A stretch of DNA of 64,000 bases from Octopus sinensis. Lineage: Eukaryota. The notes under the pieces are model-generated. The model saw nothing but the letters and a program-made list of their open reading frames with translations, ran no database searches and was not told where the DNA came from. The translations under genes were made by a program, and so were the position numbers. Each line of letters begins with the position of its first letter. The first letter of the stretch is position 1. This document shows, in pieces, positions 27,027 to 37,149 of the stretch. The stretch is from contig NC_042997.1 of the NCBI RefSeq assembly GCF_006345805.1, forward strand, positions 59,148,001 to 59,212,000, read 5' to 3'.

Positions 27027-27290
27027 ATGTTTGTATGTATGTGTGTGAGTGTGTTAAATATTTATTTGAAAAATGAATTATTTAGGATATATCCGCTTAT
27101 ATTGAAGTTAGATATCGAAGCCCAAATGTAACCACCCACGGAATATAATTAATATATTGCACTCACCTTCCAATGTTTCACACTGAACCAAGTTCACGTA
27201 GTCGGATTGCTTAAGTATGCCACCTTTGAAACCACGGACCAGGCCTTCCAAGTAGCCGTGGTCAATGTTAAAAGATATTTCAGACATCAT
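4872..27290 (-). CDS. ATP6V0D1: V-type proton ATPase V0 subunit d; join(complement) 27167-27290, 18723-18894, 13531-13709, 12746-12825, 11392-11469, 7654-7830, 6233-6310, 4872-5033; 1050 nt, 349 aa
   Basis: Spliced translation [20 protein letters not shown]...[32 protein letters not shown] is the vATP-synt_AC39 family; all 7 introns are GT-AG with consistent phases. Confidence 0.98.
6233..6310 (-). CDS. ATP6V0D1: ATP6V0D1 coding exon 7, [10 protein letters not shown]...RFFEYE
   Basis: 78 nt, ag/gt flanks, in frame; absent from the ORF track. Confidence 0.95.
7654..7830 (-). CDS. ATP6V0D1: ATP6V0D1 coding exon 6, FEADRRAF...ADYYA
   Basis: 177 nt, ttgcag acceptor, gtaagt donor. Confidence 0.97.
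9690..10330 (+). mobile_element. CR1-type LINE ORF2 C-terminal fragment (antisense in ATP6V0D1 intron 5)
   Basis: ORF 9723-10097 [37 protein letters not shown] is the typical CR1 post-RT region; decayed. Confidence 0.8.
11392..11469 (-). CDS. ATP6V0D1: ATP6V0D1 coding exon 5, [10 protein letters not shown]...CEALE
   Basis: 78 nt, taaag acceptor, gtaagt donor. Confidence 0.96.
11730..11945 (-). mobile_element. tRNA-related SINE (family C)
   Basis: Reverse complement of ggcgagctggcagaa...ttctgagttcaaat...actttgcctt...aagtaccagtt as at 54775. Confidence 0.75.
12746..12825 (-). CDS. ATP6V0D1: ATP6V0D1 coding exon 4, (A)[26 protein letters not shown]
   Basis: 80 nt, tttcag acceptor, gtaaa donor. 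Confidence 0.97.
13090..13250 (-). mobile_element. RTE-LINE 3'-tail copy
   Basis: gctggatgcccttcctaatgccaaccactcc is the reverse complement of the RTE tail core. Confidence 0.75.
13250..13505. repeat. 26-bp minisatellite, about 10 units, consensus near gatgccttttacgagtcacccgcata
   Basis: tgcc/tgtc/tgct anchors recur at 13301, 13327, 13353, 13379, 13405, 13431, 13457, 13483. Confidence 0.9.
13531..13709 (-). CDS. ATP6V0D1: ATP6V0D1 coding exon 3, [11 protein letters not shown]...VDTPL
   Basis: 179 nt, tttcag acceptor, gtaagt donor. Confidence 0.97.
14370..14577 (-). mobile_element. tRNA-derived SINE (family A), partial
   Basis: Same head and body as 24900-25240 (gctgtgtggttaagaagttcgct...gttcagtcctactgtgtggcatcttgagtaagtgtc). 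Confidence 0.75.
14769..16260 (-). mobile_element. 5'-truncated CR1/L2-group LINE: RT domain, C-terminus, 3' UTR and (AATC)n tail
   Basis: [44 protein letters not shown] motifs; one frameshift at 16045-16047; stop at 14853; tail (gatt)n on plus strand 14769-14784. Confidence 0.95.
16801..17188 (-). mobile_element. tRNA-derived SINE (family A), near full length
   Basis: A-box-like gtggctgtgtggtaag, B-box-like ggttcagtccc, body and 3' tail ggcagtgccccagcatgactgcag...ctgaaacaagtaaaag. Confidence 0.85.
17441..17765 (+). mobile_element. tRNA-derived SINE (family B)
   Basis: tggctcagtggttagag A box, gagttcgattcc B box, then cttgagcaagacactt core-like segment. Confidence 0.8.
17990..18200 (-). mobile_element. 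SINE (family C), degenerate
   Basis: atttgaactcagaacg...gaaatgctgctaggc...ttctgccagct matches 11730-11945. Confidence 0.7.
18723..18894 (-). CDS. ATP6V0D1: ATP6V0D1 coding exon 2, (D)[17 protein letters not shown]...FLDYIT
   Basis: 172 nt, ctacag acceptor, gtgagt donor; absent from the ORF track. Confidence 0.97.
20205..20365 (+). mobile_element. Older RTE 3'-tail copy directly upstream of a younger one
   Basis: aaaagcactcagtacacact...aggaagggcatccagcc...aaatgatgatgatg. Confidence 0.75.
20409..21186 (+). mobile_element. 5'-truncated RTE-clade LINE (ORF2 C-terminus, 3' UTR, (GAT)n tail)
   Basis: WYGHVTRM...[16 protein letters not shown] is the RTE C-terminal signature; tail gatgatgatgatgatga; AAATAT at 20403-20408 and 21187-21192 is a candidate TSD. 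Confidence 0.9.
23430..23570 (-). mobile_element. SINE (family C) fragment
   Basis: ttaaagtcaaccccagcagtgtttgaattt resembles the reverse complement of the family C core. Confidence 0.5.
23738..23956. mobile_element. piggyBac-type MITE, 219 bp
   Basis: TTAA|CCCTTTAGT ... ACTAAAGGG|TTAA: 9-bp perfect TIR starting CCC, TTAA duplication at 23734-23737 and 23957-23960. Confidence 0.85.
24597..24770 (+). mobile_element. tRNA-headed SINE-like element containing a hammerhead-ribozyme motif
   Basis: gggcatctagcgtagtggttaag A-box head, ggttcgaaat B-box-like motif, then CTGATGA-stem-GAAAC. Confidence 0.65.
24665..24710 (+). ncRNA. Minimal type I hammerhead ribozyme motif (two mismatches to an ideal fold)
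   Basis: gacac CTGATGA a GGCTGG tgggtata TCAGCC GAAAC a T T gagtt: core boxes at 24670-24676 and 24698-24702, 6-bp stem II, stem I gacac/gagtt with 4 of 5 pairs. Confidence 0.6.
24900..25240 (-). mobile_element. tRNA-derived SINE (family A), best-preserved copy
   Basis: ggcgcaggagtggctgtgtggtaag...ccgggttcagtcccac...ggcggtactccagcatggccgcagtcaaatg. Confidence 0.9.
26996..27048. repeat. (TA)n and (TG)n microsatellite in ATP6V0D1 intron 1
   Basis: Direct reading. Confidence 0.85.
27167..27290 (-). CDS. ATP6V0D1: ATP6V0D1 coding exon 1, [16 protein letters not shown]...QCETLE
   Basis: ATG at 27290 (second ATG at 27287), gtgagt donor at 27166. Confidence 0.96.
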
Positions 27291-27388
27291 ATTGAAGCCT
27301 GCCTGTATGACCACAGTTGCAAAGTAAATGAAGAAACGATGTTCACAACAGTATACGGACAAGAATTACAAGGGGAGTGTGTGTGTAT

Positions 27389-27398
27389 GTCATGTGAG
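27389..27398. promoter_or_regulatory. M-box/CLEAR-like E-box GTCATGTGAG, ~100 bp upstream of the V-ATPase d start codon
   Basis: Contains TCATGTGA; 8/10 match to CLEAR GTCACGTGAC. Confidence 0.45.
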
Positions 27399-30300
27399 TA
27401 TTCGCTACTGCCACCTGCTGTAAATTTTTTCCAGTAATTTATTTACTAACAGGAATTATCTCCCTTGTTCAGCGCTTACGCTCTATTCAAACATTGGTAA
27501 ATATTTCGATTGTAATTTGTGCGATAGCGAATAAACCAAATTGTCAAAATGCAGCAGGGTCGACGAAAATCTAAACGAGGAGTTCACCTTCGTTATGTAA
27601 ACTAACTTGGAAATCAATAAACAATTCCTAAGAACAAAGCACAACTTGTTTTTGAAAAATTACTTCGACTTTGACATCTGTTCGAAAGCAAGATAAAAAA
27701 ATTATAGCTCCAAGGAAAATAAACGCCATGGATAAGCATCCATGATATGAATTTCACTTCGATTCCGAATTTCTGATTTTGACCGAAGGAAAGAATTTGA
27801 TGTATATATGGTGAAGGCGAATGGTTGACTATCCAAAGTTCACGTTTGGCATCATTACCTTTCAAAAGCCCTTACAACCATGACTTTTAGTCGCCAACTT
27901 TGTTTCAGCCAGGATCAAATCCAAATCAAGCCCCAGCCTAGCAATATCATTGATGCCCAGTACAAAAATGGCTGTATTCAGATGAACTCTTGAAACAGAA
28001 TGACTACACCATCAAAGGTTTCCAATAAGCCTTCCGAGCAAAATGGTTCTTGAGCCTTATCTTCTACTGATCTCTGAATGACATCACCTGTGACTGGATT
28101 GAAAACTTTTTTTTTTATTAAATTGAATTTGAGGAATACTCTGTGGGTCTCTGAAAGAGTGTTCGCGAATATCCTTGTGGCACGAATGGCTACTTCGAAT
28201 CTGTAACGATTACATGCACATGTTTGCACGTCGGCGTCACCAAAATTGAAATGATTTATATGTAGCAAATGAATGACAGGAAGAAAATATTAGTTGGTTG
28301 AAATGGCCCTTCATTTTCATCGTTACAATGTAAGATACAACTTGTTTTTAGTTGTTACCCAATGATAATTTATCGTTCTGTTATCTAGTCAGTAGGCAGT
28401 TCAGTTCATATTTTGTTGACTGCTAGAAGACCGATGAAAGAAGGAGAGATTAAGAATACAAGGGTCTGGCCTTAGGGCTGACAAGTAGTTAGGGTAAAAG
28501 TTATGTTGTTGCTGGATAACAATCCATAAGAGAAGGGAGAGAAATAGATGCCCTTCAGCTAGGTGCCAACAGACCAGAGAGAGGACTTATTTGGGGTTCT
28601 GTATTAATATTTTTTGCTAACTGAATTAGGTCTGGCTAATAAAAAGATTTTCTGTCTCTTATCTGGCTAAAGTCTATTTAACCCAAGAATGTTAACTTAG
28701 ACTATAGAACTTAACTTAGTGTGACACTTGACTCCCTTAAATTTCTAATTGCAAAAGCAAGAGAACAATAGGAACGGAACTGGTAGAAAAATGTAGACAA
28801 GGTTTCAAATCTTGGGTAAGAAACTCGGAAGCTATTCATTACTCATCAAAGTTTAATATCAACTCTAGGCTGAACAGTTTCGAAATATAAAGAGAGGTGG
28901 CAGGGGACCGATGACAAGCAAACTTTCAACGTCACTTCATCAGCTATTAACTGGAGACCACAAAGATATGAGCATCTTCCGATATCATTGCTCTTTTGAG
29001 TGGTGTTGAGTAGTATTGATACCACAAGAGAATATCCTTGTTATTCTGACTGAAACTACAACACGTTTCTCGCCACAGTTATCCTTGGAACCAACACAGT
29101 AACCAAGGTAGAAGTGTAACTATTCCAACTGCACAGCAACTAACTTGCTTCACTATTTGCAGAAGATATGGTTTATTTTTGCTGGGTTTTTTTTAATTTG
29201 TTTTGCTCTCGGCGCTGGTATTTTTCTCACATGCTTCTACCATATCCACGATGAAACATTTTGTTTTTCTATCTCATATTCGTTGAATTACTGTTTGTGA
29301 CTCTTCATAAGTATAGTGTTTGTCAAATAGGACATTGTCAATCCAGCTACAAACCCATGGCATTCTACCTGTGTTGGAAGCACTGTACACTGTCATCCTT
29401 GTGCCTCCCACAATTCTCTAAAGCCATCATACTCCCTCTCATGGTCCCATTCTATCTCACCTTTCCAAGGTACCATCAACTCAACAATCAAGACTTTGCT
29501 TTGTTATTACTGTAGGGGTGATTCGAAACTTAACTGCTAAGTAGCCGGTCAAACACCACAGCCGAACCGCAGTAGTTTCATGTGATCTGTCTATTAAATC
29601 AGTGGAAAGCTGTTGCGTGATTCAATCTTCTAGAATATTCTTCTTGTTCCCAATAAAAGTGCTGCTTTTTTGGGGGGGCCTATACTCTTGTCACATCAGT
29701 CGGCCAGGCAGACAACCAAGACAGACAGCTCATATAAATATCAAAGAACATCTGTCGCGTTGAAGATAGCACAATTATTTTCAAATATGTTGGACAAACC
29801 GCATACACCAACGATACATAAACATTCAGGTCTCTCTAGCCCTGTTCTTTTTTATTGACAAGAGACAGAAGTACATCACAAATCGCTCTTAGGAGTAATT
29901 GCAACCCGGATACATTCTTATTTTATTTTACAGCATTAAAATATAAAAACTGCACAATACACTATAGTGTTAGGCGTATGCAATTTCATGAACTTTTGTC
30001 ACATATAATTAAACAGGATTAAACATGTAGACATAAAGCTTTCATTCAATTATTCACACACGTGCACCTTGTATATCCTTCAAATCACACTGTACTATCT
30101 TATACGGTATACATATATCTGTTTGAATTTCTGAGATGGGAAATTATTATTACTATACACATATATTCGGATGAGTGTTCCCATTTTGGGTGTAGTTACA
30201 AAGTTTTGGCCATTGTAACTCCGGCCTTTTTCAGTTGTCTTTCATATTCGATAACATACTCGAAATTTCGAACCAAACCCTTTATTAAATCCAGGGTGTA

Positions 30301-30985
30301 GATTGTTCTCATTCAGATGTACATACAATGGATATTCTGTTATTTGAGATGTAGCATATTCATTCTACTTGAACCAGAATATATATACTATTTAGATAAC
30401 CCAGGGTCTAAATTCATGTTCCTTAGCACTCCCTCCCTCAGACAATCGTATTAGCTTTGTTTTTGCCCCGGCAAAATTGACTGTCAGCTATCTCAAATCA
30501 TGCAACATGTTAAGTTGATTGAGAAATATTGGGACAATATCTATTTGTACCAGTTTAAATAAACATACGTTATCTAATAGCTCTTTACTACTAGCATTAT
30601 CTGCTTGAACACGTTTGATTCCAGAAACAAGAAAATATGTACACGTTACCATTTGTCTTAGGGGAGAAACCAGTGTCTGTTACCCTTAAGTTTTTTCAGA
30701 GCTTTCAAAACTTGTAGAGCGAAATTCTTCTCAAATTGGAGATCGGGCCCAAGTACTTGTAACAAAGTAGACTCCATCCCAAGGACTAGGCAGTGATGTT
30801 AAACACCAAAAGCATTGGCTTACCGCAATCTCACTGACTTTTCCAGACTAATCTTTACTCCGTATTAGTAGGTAGGCATCCACTTATTTAAAAAAAAAAA
30901 TGATGCTCCTATAGATGGTCGTGGTCTCACGAGGTGAAACTATCTAATAACGACTCCGTTCAGAAGGCTGGAATAATACATATAA

Positions 30986-31780
30986 TGTGCCAGTGAGGAA
31001 AAGAGAGAGAAACACAACCGAATAGAATGTTTAAGAGAGTTTTATTGATATTTTAACATGTGTGTCTGTGTATGCGTCATGTATACAGAATAATAGACAG
31101 TCTGTCACGAGAACAAAGTGTGTGTGTGTGTGTGTGTGTGTGTATAGGTATGGATGTATGCATGTGCGTTAAGTACTTATAAGAACCATAAAGAAGGAAA
31201 CAGTGAGAAAGTCTATAATGAGAAGTTAGACGAATATTCATAGACACAAGAATGAGAAATATCAGTTTCGTAGTCAGTTGTACACGGCAGTTGAAATACT
31301 GTATCAAGAAGTTGTGGCAATGATGCAGAGCTGGTTGCAGTACATTTCGTACGAAGTTGTGGCTATAATGCTACTGTCTGGGTCGCTTGTACAGGAGTTC
31401 TCGCAGGTTGTATGTTTGCTGTTAACCATGGTGAAGTAATTCACAAACAGTGCCGTGTTAGAAGCTGTGCAGTGTTGCTTGAGCTGTGTACGTAGAGATG
31501 ATGTTGACGACGTTAAGATGATGGTGGCGACGAAGAAAGAGATTACCGTAATGCTGTTGGACAGGTGTTGTCGTCTGGCTCGCAGGTTGTGTTGTTGCTG
31601 TTGGTCCATGGTGAAGTAATTCACGAACAGTACTGTATTGAAACCTGGGCGTGTTGCTGTTGGACGGATGTTGTCGCTGGAACTAGCTGTGTCTTGTGTG
31701 GTCAGTGGCTAGACGTTACAAGGTCTGGAACCGAAGAATTTATTTACCTATAAAGGTATACATAGAGGGGACACTACAAG
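30986..31780 (-). mobile_element. LTR-like cassette, inverted homolog of 35307-36176, with internal ~180-bp duplication and (TG)n
   Basis: Shared blocks atctctacgtacacagc, cactgtttgtgaat.acttcacc.tggtt, tacaacctgcgaga, AATAAA, cggttgtgtt, ctggcac. Confidence 0.55.
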
Positions 31781-34486
31781 AGACGAACACTTACATTCTT
31801 ACAAATGGTTTGGGTTACAATGAAATGGGAAAAATCGGATAAAAGGATGAAATAAAATTATATACAATTAAAAGTTTATAAAATAATGTTCCGGGTTATT
31901 TTTCATGGTTAACCCGCCAGTTTTTTACTCTTTTGGGTTTTTTTCTTTCTTGCCCGGCTATGCTAGCACGGCCCCATTCATCCTCAGCTTCCTTACTACA
32001 GACATCCATATTTTTCCGAACGTAGTTTGCGACAGGTACCTTTTCTTCAAACGGATCTTTCTCAACAGATGGAAATTGAAATAACTTACCAACCCGTGTC
32101 CGGAGATGAAATGACTTATCCCAATCCCTTTCGCTCGTGTCGTCCATACTGTTTCTTTCAGTTTGGCTGCTATGCAGAAAAAAGATGCCTTCTTTTCCTT
32201 GTTGAAGGAAGAAGGCGGTACGATCTTAATCATGGACTCACTCGAGAGCCGTACTCTTTCTGCATCTGACATCAGTTATTCGACATAGGCTATCAACTCC
32301 CTCAACTCCTCAAAGTGTATGAAGGCGTGCGCGACAGTTTCACTGACGCGGCCGCACCTCGGGCATGTGGGAGAGGTGTCAAAACCGTGTCTAGACAACC
32401 TCTCTCGAACCGGTAAGGTCGATCGGTAGCACAACCAGGCCAAGGCTTTCTGGAAGTTATCCAGATACCTCGGCCAGAATGTCCTTCAGAACAGGTTGGT
32501 CAGTTGCTCCTCATCGAAGCCCAGAGTCTCCCCCAGGACATCGTCGGACTTATGCTCTGCCAACCCTTTATAAAAATCCGCAGTGGTAACCTCGCTGCCG
32601 GTATTGCTCACCCGAGAGAACAGAGTGAGTGCTTGTCCGCACTCCTTCTGCCATCCTCCCATCCTAGGTCTCCGCTTGATCCATGTATCTAAGTCCCTGA
32701 GGGACTTCAGTTGTGGAAAGAGTTGCTTGGCATGCGGTGACCACACCTGCTCACCATCCAGATAGCACCAGAGATGTCTCAGCCTCATGCACATCATCAG
32801 CCAAGGCACCCCCAGTCCACCCTTTAACGGTTTTTGACAGCAGATGGAGCGCCTCACAAGTGGCAATTTCCCTTTCCACAAAAAGCGGGAAAGGATCCGT
32901 TCCAACTTGGTCAGCCACAAACCGGGGCAAGGCACGACAATTAGGCGGTAGGTTATCACCGATGCTATAAACACCTGTGCAACCTCGACCCTTCCTAGTA
33001 AAGATAACGTCATCCCAGACCAGGTCTGGGTTATGGCCGTCATTTTACTCGCCACTTCGCTCCAGTTTTTCTCCACCTGAAGATCTGGTCCAAACCAGAT
33101 TCCGAGCAATTTAACCGGGCCCTGCGTCCAGCGTCCGACCATGCTGTTGAGAGGCATCGACTTGCCGCGCCAGGTGCCGAGTTGCAAGCCGACTGATTTC
33201 TCCTAGTTAATTTTTGTCCCTGCCACCTGATAGATCCGTCGTTATTTGACCAATTCCACATTGGAACGCTCGGATTATCAAGTCTGTATCGATCTGCCAG
33301 CCTAAATCGCTTCAGCAAATCGATGAAGCGTGAGTTACACTTCCTAACATTCGAGCCTGCGCTATCCAGGCATGTATCCAGAATAGCGTTAAAATCACCT
33401 GGCAAAACTAGTGTCCTAGATGTCACAAGAAAGTTCTCCAGGCGTCGATAGAACTCATCCCGTTTGCCTAGCGTGCTGGGCGCGTGGATGCCAACCAACC
33501 TGAAGGCCTTACCTCTGTATGTCAGATCCAGAACGACCGATTCGCCTTCTGGGTCCACGAAGATCGTACGTGTCTGCAGAGCCAGACTTTTCCGGAGCAA
33601 AACTACAACACCTCTACTCCACCACGCTTCTGGCTAGGAGACATGATTTTCTCATAGCCATTTAGGAGAGTTTAGAAGGCCTGCAGTTTGTCCAGCCTGG
33701 TCTCTGTAGCAACCATAATATCAATTCTATGTGACCTGAGATCGTCGAGGAAGCAAGCCTGCTTCTTCGAACCCAGGCTACGGACATTTAAACACGCAAT
33801 GCATAGCGTAGCCATATCAAACACAAAAAAGAAAGAAATTCGAGCTTACCTGCTCATTCGTCTTTCGAAGGGGATTATTCTCAGTATTTCTGAGACAAGT
33901 CCCGCCCCTCCTTTCTTTCATACAAAAATGGTTCTACTGGCGGGTTAAATACTTTAGGCAGTTCTTTCAGTTCTGTTGTCTCTTTTGGATGTCTACTTTT
34001 AAGTTTGTTGTATAATTTTCGAGCAATTTTTCCCAATGTTACTGGGCTCATTTTATTGTCGTTGACATATAGGGACGTTTTGTGATGAGGTCCAGTGACC
34101 CCATCCAGGTATTTGTTGTTTTTGTAAACGATTGTCGTAGTGTCCTCTCTTTCAGGAATATCGATTGTCTCCGACATAAACTTATTTTCTTTCTTTTTTT
34201 TCCTTTTCCTTCAGTTCAGGTTTCTTAACTATTTTGGTTTTTGGAGCCGCCTCCTGTGAATTGGTGGGCGACTCCAATCTCTTGGTTCACTTACGTGACA
34301 CCATCTGAAAGTACATATTTTCAGTAGACGGTGTCACAACAAACTCTAGCTTCTCGGGGTTTTCCTCACTAATGGAAGCGGTTGGTAGCTGTGTAATGGC
34401 CTCCTTGACCAGAAGCGCTGTCTCTTTACTTTTCTCCTTGGAGTCATTTTTACTGGTAGAGGCGGTCGTTCGCTGTGTAATGGCCT

Positions 34487-35264
34487 TGTAACGATAAATT
34501 TGATTAGGTACACAATATTATGAAATGTCGGAGTCAACAGTTGTAACGATAAGTATTTGTTGTTATGGCGGCAAGTTGTAAGATGTGAAAGATGGACAAT
34601 GCATGAAACTTTAAGGAAATATTTATTTACCGTTACGTTACAATACCTTGCCTCGACGGGCAGGTTATAATAAATTCAAAAGCATTCGAAGTTAAGTTTG
34701 TGTTTGTGTCCTCTTCATTGTTTAGTAGTAATTACAGAGAGAGATAGAATGATGTTGTAAGAGAACAGAATTAGAGCTAGTGAAAGTTGTAGGGTTGTGG
34801 GACGTTGCTGACAGTAAATTTCATTTCTCTCGCTGACCGGGTCTTTAGTAGCTGCATTCCTTGTGATCATGATTCTAGCAGTCCGTTCTCTAACTAATTG
34901 AGTCGTCACTAGCCGCCTCGCTCAGTTATCGCCAAGTGACTACCTGGTTGAGTCGTCACCCACTGATTTTTGCTTGGGGTATTCTTGCTTTTATAACTCT
35001 CCAGAAGGATAGATATACCATTAAGAACAATAGATTTAGTTGGTGGTTTTGTTATCTCTATTCTAGCTTTTGGTGAAGTAGAAGAGGTTAGAAAGGGTCA
35101 AGTGGTGAAGACATTATTTCGGCCTAGCTAAAGACATCTGGAAAATGTAAAACTGCTGTCAGAGAAAAACCATTGTTCCACTGTGGGAAAAGTTCTCTTG
35201 AAGTGTTAACTTAAATTTGGCTATGGTGGATCGAATCCACTTCATGCATGCAAGATCCACTACA
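34487..35264 (-). mobile_element. Solo LTR, 778 bp, inserted in the Tx1 ORF1
   Basis: TG...CA ends, GCCT duplication at 34483-34486 and 35265-35268; minus-strand TATAAAAG near 34995 and AATAAA near 34627; removal restores the ORF1 repeat seen at 34394-34417. Confidence 0.85.
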
Positions 35265-35306
35265 GCCTTCTTGGCCAGAAGTGCTGCCTCTTTACTTATC
35301 CCCTTG

Positions 35307-36176
35307 ACATATATAACATAAATACGGATGTAGCAGATATCAGCTAGACTTATGCCGTTTGGACCTTGTTGTGTCCACTACTCTGATTGGTTGGTATTGG
35401 CGCAATGTCTCTTGCTCTATTACGCACCAAGGTGCAACCCAACCAATCGCAGCCTTCTGATAAGGTCCCGTGACACAGTCTTCTAAATCTCCGTTGGAGC
35501 CTCCTAGTCCCTATAAAAGCTAGTTACAACAACCGTATTTCGTCACAGCCAGTTCTAACGACAACAACACCAGCAGCTCACATGCAAACTCAACTTCGTC
35601 CAGCAGCATTCAGGACCTCTATCTCTGTCGCCTCCGTCCTCTTTACGACGCTAACAACATCTCTACGTACACAGCAAAAATCGCTCAGGTCCAACTCCTC
35701 ACTGTTTGTGAATCACTTCACCGTGGTTTACAGAAAGTACAACCTGCGAGATCTTCTTGTATCAAGTGACCGGCAGCAGCATAGTAGCCACAACTGCTTA
35801 CATGACATGTGCTTCGACCGGCTCTGCTTCTACGCTACAACTTCTTGTTACAGAACTTCAACTATTTGTACCTGGCTATGAACTGGTGTCTATCATCATG
35901 TGTGAACTTCTTCTGGCGTCCTATTATAAATTCTTTCTATGCTCTGTATTTTATCTCACACGCATACACCCTTGTTTGTACACACATACACATTATGTAT
36001 GCATGACGGCCTATTATTATTATTATTATATATGTACTTATGTCACACACACGTTAACACCTAAATAAAACCTTTCTCTTAACATTCTACGGTTGTGTTG
36101 TTTTTTTTTCCTTCTGGCACTCATACTCATTTATCTATATTGCTTTTATTGTAAGCGACCGTGCGGTGTATTAAAG
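35307..36176 (+). mobile_element. LTR-like CCAAT/TATA/polyA cassette inserted in the Tx1 ORF1
   Basis: Opposed CCAAT boxes at 35385-35394 and 35439-35448, TATAAAAG at 35512, AATAAA at 36064; joining the flanks restores ccttg-gagtcatt (minus AAT GAC TCC AAG). No TSD found. Confidence 0.55.
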
Positions 36177-37149
36177 GAGTCATTCATTCGTCACCTCTAC
36201 TTTCGCACAGTTGTTCTACAGGGTCATCTTTACTGGTGGATGCAGTCGCTCGCTGTGTAACAGCCTCCTCGACCAGAAATACTGCCTCTTTACTTTTCCC
36301 CTTGGGTTCGTCTTTACTGGTAGTGGTGGTCTCCCACTGTGTCACAACCTCCATGGCTGGGGGGACCGTCTCTTTGTTTTTCTCTTCTTCTTCCTCCTCT
36401 GCTTCCTTGTCTTTTTTTGTTTGTTTTTTTTGGTGGGGCATTTTGACCTCAGGTGCCCTTTTTTTCCACATTGAAAGCATTTGGGTCTTCTCCCCTCCAC
36501 ATGGATTGTCAATATTGACTCCTCTATGTATTTTGTTTCAGGTAGACCTTCCAAATCCAGATTTCTCGCTTGTGCCAGGATCTCCATTTTGACCCCGCCA
36601 ATTCTGTGGGGCGTCTCTGGAGATCTGAATAATATTTATTTTGTCCTCTCTCATGTAGAGGAGTGTGGCAACAATCCATGCTACCTCCACCTCTGATGGG
36701 GATGTTCGTAATCCTTATCCGGGACGTTCTGCATCCCAAATATAGAGACAGTAGCATGATGTTGCCACATAGCAAAGTTCAAGTTGAGAATTCTCTTGCC
36801 TTCTCAATTGATTTGAACCTTGCTTCGATGGTCGCGTACCTTGTGCCTCGGGCTAGGTATTTTATTTTGTTCATCACCGGCCCAAGACACCTTTCAACTG
36901 TGCTTTTCTCCAAATATTCCAGCCTCTTCTTTTCCACATCATATGTTTTATATATAATGGTCTTCTCCTTCATCTTGTTTCTTATTTCACTCGAGGGTGT
37001 TATCTTACTTTCACCGTTTTCTTTGGTGATCATACCATATTATGCTCGTATATCCTCCATCTTTAAAGTAATTGTTTCAAGTCCGCCAACAGCAGCAGCA
37101 AAATTCATTTTTCTTTTTTTTTTGTCCTTCTTCAGAAGACATCTTTAAT

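Noticed and set aside
27900-28260. Faint RT-like words (LNDI, VFAN) upstream of ATP6V0D1
   Set aside because: Too degenerate to call by eye; needs a profile search.
28910-28950. Minus-strand CTGATGA...GAAAG string
   Set aside because: Stem II is 2 bp and there is no stem I.
31304-31624. Conserved peptide family from ORFs 31304-31624 and 35582-35881
   Set aside because: DNA homology continues across indels that shift the frame, and the C/A-rich strand is naturally poor in stops; not called as CDS.
30986-36176. DIRS-type element with inverted LTRs enclosing the Tx1-like ORFs
   Set aside because: The two repeats are substantially diverged, one is nested inside ORF1, and the interior has an APE endonuclease, not a tyrosine recombinase.
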